From Gammaproteobacteria bacterium (GTDB lineage Bacteria; Pseudomonadota; Gammaproteobacteria; G965277405): a stretch of 64,000 bases of DNA. The DNA lies in NCBI GenBank assembly GCA_965277405.1, contig OZ255726.1, positions 1,847,128-1,911,127 of the forward strand. The letters run 5' to 3'. Made by a program: the position numbers and the translations under genes. How positions within the stretch are numbered: the first letter of the stretch is position 1; each line of letters starts with the position of its first letter. Shown piece after piece: positions 9,045 to 18,141 of this stretch. Under the pieces are notes generated by a model. That model ran no database searches. It was not told the DNA's origin and saw only the letters and a list, made by a program, of their open reading frames with translations.

Positions 9045-10202
9045 ATGAAAAGTTCAATTTCAACAACCACTCCTTTGTATATAGGGTTGATGTCAGGCAC
9101 TAGCCAAGATGCGGTTGATGCTGTTCTGGTGCAAATAGTCAATGGTAAACCAGAACTGTTAGCCGGGCATAACCACATTCTGCCAGATGCGGTGTTAGAA
9201 TCTCTGAACACCGTTCAGCATCAGTCATTGAGTTTTGAGTGTTTTTACGCTGCAGACATTGCTATGGGGCATGAGTTTGCAACAGCGGTAGCAACGTTGC
9301 TTAAAGAGGCACAGGTTGCACCAACGACGCATAATATTGTTGCCATTGGCAGCCATGGGCAGACCGTCCATCATGCTCCAAAATTAAATTTTACTTGCCA
9401 AATTGGCGACGCTAACATCATCGCTGCGCGGACTGGAATTAACACGGTATGCGATTTTCGCCGTCGTGATCTTGCGCAACAAGGTTCTGGCGCACCGCTG
9501 GCACCATTGTTGCACCAGCATTTATGGCAAGATAGTACAATGGCTACAGCGATATGCAATATTGGTGGGTTTGCCAATATCTCCATAATACCGTCAAATT
9601 CTAATAATCAACCACTGCTTGGTTTTGATATTGGTCCAGGAAACACTTTGATTGACACATGGATTCTAAGCCATTTGGGTCTGCGCTTTGATGAGTCAGG
9701 TCAATGGGCTCGACAAGGGTCTATCCAGCCTATATTATTAGATAAACTGTTGAACCACCCTTATTTTGCTATGGATATTCCCAAAAGCACTGGCAAAGAG
9801 TCGTTTAACTCGACTTGGTTGCGCGGCATGCTGAAAGGCAAAGCATACAAACACGAAGACGTGCAAGCGACACTCGTCGAACTCACCGCACAGTCGCTAG
9901 CGAATGCAATCCAGCGTTGGTTTCCCCAATGCCAGCGCCTGGTAATTTGCGGAGGAGGCAGCTTTAACCTATATATGCTCGAACGTATTCGAGCCGTATT
10001 GCCAAGCGTCGACGTTTATAACAGTGATCAGGATAATATCTCTGCAAATTATCTCGAGGGCATGTTATTTGCATGGCTGGCGTATTGCTATGTTGAAAAA
10101 ATACCCAGTAACTTAAGGAATATTACTGGCGGCACAACGCATGATGTGCTTGGATGTATGTATATAGGCAATGCTGGAAAACACCATGACAAGTCCGTTT
10201 GA
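9045..10202 (+). CDS. anmK: Anhydro-N-acetylmuramic acid kinase
   Basis: N-terminal LYIGLMSGTSQDAVDAVL… with a length of 385 aa and the overall AnmK pattern. Confidence 0.8.
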   Translation: MKSSISTTTPLYIGLMSGTSQDAVDAVLVQIVNGKPELLAGHNHILPDAVLESLNTVQHQSLSFECFYAADIAMGHEFATAVATLLKEAQVAPTTHNIVAIGSHGQTVHHAPKLNFTCQIGDANIIAARTGINTVCDFRRRDLAQQGSGAPLAPLLHQHLWQDSTMATAICNIGGFANISIIPSNSNNQPLLGFDIGPGNTLIDTWILSHLGLRFDESGQWARQGSIQPILLDKLLNHPYFAMDIPKSTGKESFNSTWLRGMLKGKAYKHEDVQATLVELTAQSLANAIQRWFPQCQRLVICGGGSFNLYMLERIRAVLPSVDVYNSDQDNISANYLEGMLFAWLAYCYVEKIPSNLRNITGGTTHDVLGCMYIGNAGKHHDKSV

Positions 10203-10674
10203 GCTGCTCCAGCAGCCGATTGCATTTGATGTAGATCAAACCGCACTCGACACGGCATACCAACGTGGTATTCTTGCTGCACATCCAGATAATTTTTTGC
10301 ACGACCCACAGCAACAACGCTTCGCCATGCAGACTACGGTAGCATTGAATGACGCGTATAAAATATTAAACACCCCTGTTGCACGCGGCAAAGTTGTCCT
10401 TGAACATCACTTTGGTGCTTTACCGCAACACCACACCACCCACGACATGGATATTTTGACGAACCAACTCGAACTGCGTGAATTTGCCGAAACCAATGAC
10501 GCGGCAGTCGTGCATCAACGTATCGACGCTGATATAGCCACGGTCACCGAGCGTATTCGTAGTTGTTTTGCAGCAACACCAATCGAGTGTGCTGCGACCC
10601 TAAGCGCACTCGAACATTTGCAGTTTTTAACGCGTTTCCAGCAGCAACTGAATCGATCTACAGAGTTGATATGA
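10186..10674 (+). CDS. hscB: Fe-S cluster co-chaperone HscB (J-domain)
   Basis: J-domain HPD motif (…ILAAHPDNF…) and a C-terminal helical domain, immediately upstream of and overlapping hscA. The start is uncertain (10171 or 10186). Confidence 0.7.
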   Translation: MTSPFELLQQPIAFDVDQTALDTAYQRGILAAHPDNFLHDPQQQRFAMQTTVALNDAYKILNTPVARGKVVLEHHFGALPQHHTTHDMDILTNQLELREFAETNDAAVVHQRIDADIATVTERIRSCFAATPIECAATLSALEHLQFLTRFQQQLNRSTELI

Positions 10675-12497
10675 CCCTGTTACAAATTACTGAACCGCCA
10701 ACACCTGCCACCCAAAAAACAGTTATCGGCATCGATTTCGGTACGACGAATACTGTTGTTGCCGTGGCAAATAACCACAATGTCCAAGTGATTGCCGATG
10801 CCAAAGGCAGAACATTGATACCATCATTAGTCCATATGGATAACCAAGGCTACCATGTCGGTCATGCTCTGCAACAGCACCCAGATGCTGTCTGGTCGGT
10901 AAAACGCTATTTAGGACGCAGTTTGAGCGAAATTGCCCACCCGCATCCGCAGGCCCGCGAGCTAGATGGACATATTTATTTTACTGATACCAGCGCCCTC
11001 GAGCTTGCCGCACAAATTTTACACAGCGCACGCCAGCAAGCAGAGGAGTATTTAGGAATTCCAGTTGATGCAGCTGTGGTGACTGTCCCGGCATATTTTG
11101 ACGATAGCCAACGTCTAGCCGTCAAAGATGCTTGCCGGTTGGCAAAGCTTGAAGTACTACGCTTAATCAACGAACCGACCGCAGCAGCGTTAGCGTATAC
11201 CCGCGACATCCAGCCGCAAGGCAAGGTGTTGGTGTATGATTTTGGCGGCGGTACATTTGATGTCACAATCCTCAAACGCAGCCAAGGATTATTCCAAGTG
11301 TTGGCAACCAATGGCGACACGGCGCTCGGTGGAGATGATATTGATACCAACATCGTTAGGTTGTTGGCAAAGCAGCATGGTTTGCCCATGGATGATGCAG
11401 CGCAATTTAACCAGCTTCGTCTGTGTGCGCGAGTGTTGAAGCAACAGCTATCGACAGCAGCGCAGGCTAGCTGTGTTTGGAATACGACTACCTTGCGATT
11501 ATCAACCGAGCAACTGCAGGGCTGCAGTTCTGCGTGTATTACGCGGACGTTGACGCTGGTGCAAGCTGCACTCAAAGATGCCAAGGTGACCATCGACCAG
11601 CTCGATGAAGTTATTTTAGTCGGTGGATCAACGCGGATGCCCAGCGTCGCCCAAGCGGTGACAGATTTTTTTCATACACCACCACTTTGCACGCACAATC
11701 CAGACCATGTTGTAGCCATCGGCGCGGCGTTACAAGCACAAATGCTGCAAGGCGGTGGCGGTGCGGTGTTGCTCGACGTCTTGCCGCTGTCGCTTGGAGT
11801 AGAAACCATGGGCGGGTTGATGGAAAAAATCATCCAACGTAACACGCCAATTCCTATTCAACGCGCGCAACAATTCACCACCTACAAAGACGGACAAACA
11901 GCAATGCGTTTGAGCGTGTACCAAGGCGAACGTGAGTTGGTTACAGATTGTCGCAAACTAGGAGTATTTTCACTGGGTAATATCCCGCCATTGCCAGCAG
12001 GACAAGCTAAGATTGAGGTAGAATTTCGTGTTGATGCCGATGGACTGCTGGTTGTCAGCGCCACCGAGTTGAGTACAAACACCAGTACCACGCTTGCAGT
12101 TCAACCAACGTATGGACTGCGTGAGGAGCAAATTACTAAGATGCTGGCAGCCGCAATCGACCACGCGCAACACGATGTCGAACAGCGTCAACTCCGCGAA
12201 GCCATTGTCGATGCCGAGTCGATTATTCAGGGCTGCGAAAAAGCAGTAGCAAGCGATGGTGATCTGCTGACCGACGATGAGCTAGCCGTCATTCAACCAG
12301 CGTTATCTGCTGCGAAAGCGACCATCGATAGCAACGACCGTGCTGCGATTGAGCAAGCCACACAGCATTTAATTACCATCACCGACCCATTTGCAGCGGC
12401 GCGGATGAATCGGGGCGTGCAGCGCGCGCTGACAGGTCAAACGGTTGACGCAATCGCCGCGCACCACACCACCCACAGCAAAGAATCCGGTGAATAA
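10671..12497 (+). CDS. hscA: Fe-S cluster chaperone HscA (Hsp70 family)
   Basis: Hsp70 ATPase motifs (VIGIDFGTTNTVVAV, …DFGGGTFDV…, …VGGSTRMP…). The likely start is MTLLQITEPP at 10671, overlapping the hscB stop. The longer ORF from 10563 is an overlap artefact. Confidence 0.85.
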   Translation: MTLLQITEPPTPATQKTVIGIDFGTTNTVVAVANNHNVQVIADAKGRTLIPSLVHMDNQGYHVGHALQQHPDAVWSVKRYLGRSLSEIAHPHPQARELDGHIYFTDTSALELAAQILHSARQQAEEYLGIPVDAAVVTVPAYFDDSQRLAVKDACRLAKLEVLRLINEPTAAALAYTRDIQPQGKVLVYDFGGGTFDVTILKRSQGLFQVLATNGDTALGGDDIDTNIVRLLAKQHGLPMDDAAQFNQLRLCARVLKQQLSTAAQASCVWNTTTLRLSTEQLQGCSSACITRTLTLVQAALKDAKVTIDQLDEVILVGGSTRMPSVAQAVTDFFHTPPLCTHNPDHVVAIGAALQAQMLQGGGGAVLLDVLPLSLGVETMGGLMEKIIQRNTPIPIQRAQQFTTYKDGQTAMRLSVYQGERELVTDCRKLGVFSLGNIPPLPAGQAKIEVEFRVDADGLLVVSATELSTNTSTTLAVQPTYGLREEQITKMLAAAIDHAQHDVEQRQLREAIVDAESIIQGCEKAVASDGDLLTDDELAVIQPALSAAKATIDSNDRAAIEQATQHLITITDPFAAARMNRGVQRALTGQTVDAIAAHHTTHSKESGE

Positions 12498-12505
12498 GGA
12501 ACATT

Positions 12506-13090
12506 ATGTATAAAGTTATCCTCGCCTCAGCTTCCCAACACCGCGCTAAACTGATGCGCCGTCTTGGGATTGACTTTAGCGTGTATTGTCCCAACATCGA
12601 CGAATCTGCACTGGAAAATGAACGTGCAGTTGACCTGGTGGAGCGCTTGGCAAAAGCCAAGGCAGCAGCATATTTTGTTGCGCACAATATCGACGCAAAC
12701 ACCATCATTATTGCCAGCGACCAAGTTGGCGAACTCGACCATCATATTTTGGGCAAACCCAATGAGCGCGACCATGCCATCGCCCAACTCAGCCAAATGC
12801 GCGGCAGAGACGTTATGTTTTATACCGCAATGGCAGTCGGCACTCCCGAACACTTACGCGTTTCTATTGATACCACGAAAGTGATATTTCGTGATGATCT
12901 GACAGATGAAGAAATTGCACGCTACGTGGACAAAGAACAACCATTTTGCTGCTGCGGCAGTTTTCAAGCTGAAGGACTCGGCATCGCCCTAACAAGCAGC
13001 ATACAAGCCAACGACCCGTCCAGCCTAGTTGGCCTACCATTGATACAGCTGTGTGCTGACTTACGCGAATTTGGGATAGTGATACCGTAA
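12506..13090 (+). CDS. maf: Maf-like nucleoside triphosphate pyrophosphatase
   Basis: N-terminal ILASASQHRAKLM…, a 194-aa Maf/YceF-family pattern. Confidence 0.8.
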   Translation: MYKVILASASQHRAKLMRRLGIDFSVYCPNIDESALENERAVDLVERLAKAKAAAYFVAHNIDANTIIIASDQVGELDHHILGKPNERDHAIAQLSQMRGRDVMFYTAMAVGTPEHLRVSIDTTKVIFRDDLTDEEIARYVDKEQPFCCCGSFQAEGLGIALTSSIQANDPSSLVGLPLIQLCADLREFGIVIP

Positions 13091-13254
13091 ATATCGCAGA
13101 TATAATGAAACTTTGATGAAGCGAGTTAATCAGAGATTAACTGATAGCAATATTCTTTTAATTATACGTTGGGAATATGCTGAAACGCCAACTAAATTCT
13201 GAAGTAAGCGTCAATAGGATTTATAAGGATTTATAAAAATGAGGATTTATTAAA

Positions 13255-13671
13255 ATGAGTAAATATGAATTACAATCGCAAGTCAAGTATACTTCAACAG
13301 CTATACTATGGTGGTTTTTTTTAGGCGCACATTATGCGTATATGGGTAAATGGGGATTGCAGTTTCTGTATTGGATACATCAAGTGGCTTTTGTTATCTC
13401 TTTATGGATCGTTTTATTTATAGCTGGTGCTTCTTTTATCGGGTATTCTTCAGACTCACAGCTGTATTTGATACCTCTAGCTCTTATGGCCTGGCCATTT
13501 ATCGATTTATTTACAATGTCAAGTAAAATTCACAAGCATAATGCGCCTATATTCTTGCAACTTGAAGAATTAGAAAAGAAAGAAAAAACAGAGGAACATG
13601 CTCGCAATATAGCAATGATAGCTGCTGCTACAGGAAACACAGAAACGTCATCAGCAGGAAGCTCTGATTAA
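13255..13671 (+). CDS. TM2-domain small membrane protein
   Basis: …LWWFFLGAHYAYMGKWGLQFLYW… is a TM2 signature. It has two TM helices and a polar C-terminal tail. Confidence 0.55.
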   Translation: MSKYELQSQVKYTSTAILWWFFLGAHYAYMGKWGLQFLYWIHQVAFVISLWIVLFIAGASFIGYSSDSQLYLIPLALMAWPFIDLFTMSSKIHKHNAPIFLQLEELEKKEKTEEHARNIAMIAAATGNTETSSAGSSD

Positions 13672-13968
13672 TTCCATGGTGGACTAGCCGCGTCTTGTTT
13701 AGATCAAGTTAAATAGGTAACGCAGGAATTCGCTCACAATTGCTTGTTCTATCATTCAGGTAGGCGGTTGTCGACAAGCAGCCGCCAGAGTTTATGTTGA
13801 TATGTATTTGCTGGTGATGCCAATGGCTGTAAACCTGTATGATATTTTGGGTATTATCTCCAGCAGTCGGCGCAGCGTTTGTTGCTGTGTGTTTAAAAAC
13901 TGATGGGTTATCTGGAGGAGTTATACCCATTCCCTCGCTGCTGCGATAAGTATGGCAATTTGCCAACT

Positions 13969-15510
13969 TTACATAGTCGGCAATACGAACGGGTTGCCGT
14001 CAATCACGCCTGTCGGCCAGCGGGCAGTGATTTTTTTGGTGTGGGTATAAAAACGAATACCATCTGGTCCATGAATGTCTGCGCTGGAAAAAATAGAACG
14101 CTTCCAGCCACCGAAGCTGTGGAATGCCATTGGGACAGGAATTGGTACATTTATTCCTACCATGCCGATGTTGCAGAATTCAGCGAACGTACGCGCGGTG
14201 TTGCCATCGCGGGTGAAAATAGCGGTACCGTTGCCAAACTCATGGTTGTTGACCAATTCTAGTGCTGCGTTGAGCGAGCCGATGCGCACAATGCACAAGG
14301 TCGGTCCGAAAATTTCTTCTTTGTAGATGCGCATGTCGGCGGTGACGTTATCAAACAATGTTCCGCCAATAAAAAAGCCATTATTGTGGATGCCGTCGTT
14401 TATTTTGAGCTTGCGTCCATCGACGACAACTGTTGCGCCTTCTTGTTTGCCAATCTCAACGTAGTTGGCGATTTTTTCGCGGTGTTCTTTGGTGATCACA
14501 GGGCCGTAATCTGGGTTGGTGTCTGCGGTGTATCCAGGACCTACCGATAAGTTTGTTACCGTTTTTTCCATGCGTTTGACCAGCTCATCTGCTATGTCGT
14601 GGTGGGCGAGCACGACAGAAATTGCCATGCAACGTTCACCAGCAGAGCCGTATGCTGCGCCAACCAACGCGCTTTCAACCATGTCAAGGTCAGCATCTGC
14701 CATCACCACCATATGATTTTTTGCGCCGCCGAGGGCTTGCACACGTTTGCCTGTTTTGCTCCCTGTTTCATACACATATTGAGCAATTGGCGTCGAGCCA
14801 ACAAAACTGACTGCTTGGACTGTTGGGCTTGCTAAAATAGCATCAACAGCTTCTTTGTCGCCATTCACAACATTGAACACGCCATCTGGCAATCCTGCTT
14901 CACTCAGCAACTCTGCTAAAAATAACGGGGTAGAAGGGTCGCGCTCAGATGGTTTTAAAATAAATGAATTTCCAGCAGCAATCGCCACAGGAAACATCCA
15001 CATTGGCACCATCGCGGGAAAGTTGAACGGGGTGATTCCAGCAACAACACCAAGCGATTGCACCATGTCGTAGCAATCAATATTGCTGCCAACATTCAGC
15101 GAGTACCCACCTTTGAGCAAATGCGGAATCCCACATACAAACTCAACAACTTCTTTGCCACGGGTAAGTTCACCTTGTGCATCGCTCCATACTTTGCCGT
15201 GTTCGCGGCTAATCATCGCCACAATTTCATCGTTGTGTTGTTCGAGCAATTGGTTGAACTTAAAAAACACCCGTGCACGTTTTACCGTAGAGGTCGTCGA
15301 CCACGGCTGCCACGCTGCACGTGCAGATTGTATGGCATGCTGAACTTCAGCAGCGCTGCTCAACCCCACTTGACCAACTTGTTCGCCAAGCGCGGGGTTG
15401 AAAATAGGGGCAGTACGCGCACTGGTCGCAGCAACTTTGCGACCATTAACATAATTATAAACTGTATACATACAATACTCACTGGTAAAATTCATTTTGG
15501 CTGCGCACAC
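13969..15510 (-). CDS. mmsA: CoA-acylating methylmalonate-semialdehyde dehydrogenase
   Basis: ALDH superfamily with the MmsA-type catalytic region (…GSAGERCMAISVV…) and an NAD-binding GxGxxG-like segment. The true start may be an internal Met (15471, MYTVYNYVNG…). Confidence 0.75.
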   Translation of the reverse strand: MCAAKMNFTSEYCMYTVYNYVNGRKVAATSARTAPIFNPALGEQVGQVGLSSAAEVQHAIQSARAAWQPWSTTSTVKRARVFFKFNQLLEQHNDEIVAMISREHGKVWSDAQGELTRGKEVVEFVCGIPHLLKGGYSLNVGSNIDCYDMVQSLGVVAGITPFNFPAMVPMWMFPVAIAAGNSFILKPSERDPSTPLFLAELLSEAGLPDGVFNVVNGDKEAVDAILASPTVQAVSFVGSTPIAQYVYETGSKTGKRVQALGGAKNHMVVMADADLDMVESALVGAAYGSAGERCMAISVVLAHHDIADELVKRMEKTVTNLSVGPGYTADTNPDYGPVITKEHREKIANYVEIGKQEGATVVVDGRKLKINDGIHNNGFFIGGTLFDNVTADMRIYKEEIFGPTLCIVRIGSLNAALELVNNHEFGNGTAIFTRDGNTARTFAEFCNIGMVGINVPIPVPMAFHSFGGWKRSIFSSADIHGPDGIRFYTHTKKITARWPTGVIDGNPFVLPTM

Positions 15511-15661
15511 GCGTAGCGGTTTTAGTATCGTTAAAAATACTCTTTAATCAATATGTTGCAATCGTTAAGCGCAGAGTAAAAGGTGTAACAGCCGTTGTTT
15601 TTTTGCAGACGCTGGGTATTATGATTTCGTAACGTTTTCAATAATCATCCTGTATCAAGAT

Positions 15662-16168
15662 ATGCGCGGAGGAAAAAGACCAGGAGCAGGGCGCAAGCTA
15701 AAATTTGCGGTGCCGACACAAGTCATGCGTGTTCCTGTAGATAAAATCAGTGATTTACACCGCTTTATTGAACAAGGCAGTAGCTGTGCTTTGCCATTGT
15801 TTACCGCAAAAGTTTCTGCAGGGTTTCCTTCGCCTGCTGATGATTATATTGATAGCAAACTCGATTTGAATGAGTATTTAATCCATAACCCAAGCGCTAC
15901 TTTTTTTGCCCGCGCAAGTGGCGATTCTATGATCGGCGCTGGGATTCATGACGGAGATTTACTCATTGTCGATAAGAGTATTCAGCCAATCCATGGGAAG
16001 ATTGTAATCGCCGTGGTATATGGCGAACTCACAGTGAAAAGGCTGCATATAGATGCTAAAAAAACATTACTGCTGGCTGAAAACCCTGAATATCCGTCAA
16101 TTGAGCTTACAGAAGAGCAAGAAGTGCGGATATGGGGGGTGGTGACGAATGTTATTCACCCGTTGTGA
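15662..16168 (+). CDS. umuD: DNA polymerase V autoproteolytic subunit UmuD (S24 peptidase)
   Basis: …VSAGFPSPADDYIDSKLDLNEYL…ASGDSMIGAGIHDGDLLIVDKS… carries the Ser/Lys dyad and cleavage-site context. The N-terminus is unusually long, and an alternative start at 15728 is possible. Confidence 0.8.
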   Translation: MRGGKRPGAGRKLKFAVPTQVMRVPVDKISDLHRFIEQGSSCALPLFTAKVSAGFPSPADDYIDSKLDLNEYLIHNPSATFFARASGDSMIGAGIHDGDLLIVDKSIQPIHGKIVIAVVYGELTVKRLHIDAKKTLLLAENPEYPSIELTEEQEVRIWGVVTNVIHPL

Positions 16169-16172
16169 GCGC

Positions 16173-17430
16173 GGTGTATTTCGCACTGGTTGATTGTAAT
16201 AATTTTTACTGCTCGTGCGAGCGGGTATTTAACCCGAAATTGCAAAATACCCCAGTAGTGGTGCTTTCGAATAACGACGGCTGCATCGTAGCGCGTTCGC
16301 AAGAGGTGAAAGCGGCGAATGTAGCGATGGGCGCGCCATACTTTCAATTCAAACGGCAACTGGCGGCAATGGGGGCAACAGTTTTTTCGTCGAACTACCA
16401 ATTATACGGTGATATGTCACAACGGGTGATGAATACCTTGAGGTGTTTTTTTGAGCATGTTGATGTGTATTCAATCGACGAGGCGTTTGTGCGCTTGGAG
16501 GGCATGAATTGCGACCTTGAACAATATTGCAGCGACGTTAGCAATGCAGTCCACCAATGGACAGGAATCCCTGTTTCCATTGGCATATCAACCACTAAGA
16601 CATTGGCGAAAATAGCGAATAATGTCGCCAAAAAACATACAACAAGCGGGGTGTTTGATATGAGAACAGAGTCGGACATCAAGCGCACGTTACGCGACTA
16701 TAGCGTAGCAGACGTTTGGGGTGTCGGCAAAGCGTGGAACAAACAACTGCAGCAACATAATATTCATACCGCTTTGCAGTTGCGTGCAACACCTATGACA
16801 ACTATGCGCGGCTGGTTTGGCGTGCTCGGGCAGCGCATGTCGTATGAGCTCCAAGGTGTTGCGTGTGTTGAAGACCAAGCACCTGCACCGAAGAAAAGTA
16901 TTATTACCTCGCGTTCGTTTGGCATAGATTTGACGGATAAAACCCTCGTCCACCAAGCATTGGCAAGCTACACCGCCCGCGCATTTGCAAAACTGCGCCA
17001 GCAAGCCAGCGTCGCGCAATTTGTGAATATTTTTTTGGAATACCGCAATCCACGTAATAGGCAAAGGCGGCTTTGCGATAGTAGCAGCTGCGAATTTGCC
17101 ATGGCTACTGCTGACTCCCGCCAAGCACTAGCAATGGTGCGCGATTGTATAGATGCCATATATACAACAGGAAAAGTATACAAAAAAGGCGGGGTAATTT
17201 TGAGTGGAATATCTCCTGCTGCACAAGTGCAACGCGACTTGTTTTCGCCAAGCGACTCGAGTAAATCTAAAGCTGTAATGGCAGCGCTCGATACAATTAA
17301 CCGCAAGATGGGTGCTACGACAATACAACTAGCGGTGCAAGGGCATAGTCGACCATGGGCAATGCAGTGTAACCACCGCTCGCCACGGTATACAACCCAA
17401 TGGAGCGAACTTATGACGGTGAAGAGTTGA
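16173..17430 (+). CDS. umuC: DNA polymerase V catalytic subunit UmuC (Y-family polymerase)
   Basis: …YFALVDCNNFYCSCERVFNPKL…VVVLSNNDGC… is the Y-family palm signature. The likely start is the GTG at 16173, just after the umuD stop. The ORF-track ATG at 16132 would overlap umuD. Confidence 0.8.
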
Positions 17431-17526
17431 GCCGTGCTATTTGTATGTTCAAACCATCACCGACGCGCCAATCCAAATGTGGCGGCTGATATTGTTACGC
17501 TACGTGCTGCTAAATTACTCGACGTG

Positions 17527-18141
17527 TTACGGGCGTATCAAGCCAATGCGTATCGCTATTCTGGTGAGTTCGACTGCATTGCGGATTTTGAGTTTGAGGA
17601 ATAAGTTACTGCGGTGCTTTTCTACTGTTTTTACACTGATAAATAATGCGGCGGCGATTTCTGCCATTGAGTTACCTTTGGCTGTGTGGAGCATTATTTG
17701 TTCTTCGCGTGGTGAGAGCATCGGCATGTCGTTTTCTGCTGGGTCGAGCTTGTCTCTCATATAACTGCCGCCTTTGGCAACGATGGCAATGGCATCGAGC
17801 AATTCCTCAAATACATCGTCTTTCAGCATATAACTTTTTACACAAGGGAATACGTGGCTTTTTCCTTGTAGATATGGCTCAGAGTTCATCGTCAGCAAAA
17901 TAACCCTGAGCGATGCTTTCGTTGCTTCATCGAGTTGCTCTAACAGCTCAAACCCAGTACCTGTGCGCAGAATCACATCGAGCAATACGATTTGTGGTCG
18001 TGTTGCCTGAATAACTGATTTGGCTTCGGCAATGTCTGCGGCTTCACCAACCACAGTGAGTGATGCTGATGTCTCGAGGAGGTTGCGAATACCTTGACGA
18101 AACAGGGTATGGTCATCAACAATTACCAGTGAGCATGTCAT
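17527..18141 (-). CDS. NarL/FixJ-family response regulator (REC + LuxR-type HTH)
   Basis: A receiver domain (…VIVDDHTLFRQGIRNLLE…D54-like…) and a C-terminal LuxR HTH (…EQIMLHTAKGNSMAEIAAALFISVKTVEKHRSN…). Its start overlaps the HK stop by 4 bp. Confidence 0.85.
   Translation of the reverse strand: MTCSLVIVDDHTLFRQGIRNLLETSASLTVVGEAADIAEAKSVIQATRPQIVLLDVILRTGTGFELLEQLDEATKASLRVILLTMNSEPYLQGKSHVFPCVKSYMLKDDVFEELLDAIAIVAKGGSYMRDKLDPAENDMPMLSPREEQIMLHTAKGNSMAEIAAALFISVKTVEKHRSNLFLKLKIRNAVELTRIAIRIGLIRP

Noticed and set aside
13200-13255. Short tandem AGGATTTAT(A/T)A repeats just upstream of the TM2-domain gene
   Set aside because: Only about 3 imperfect units in an AT-rich promoter region, which is too little to call a regulatory repeat.
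13709-13966. 85-aa minus-strand ORF between the TM2 gene and mmsA
   Set aside because: It has no motif, lies in a convergent intergenic region, and its codon composition is atypical.
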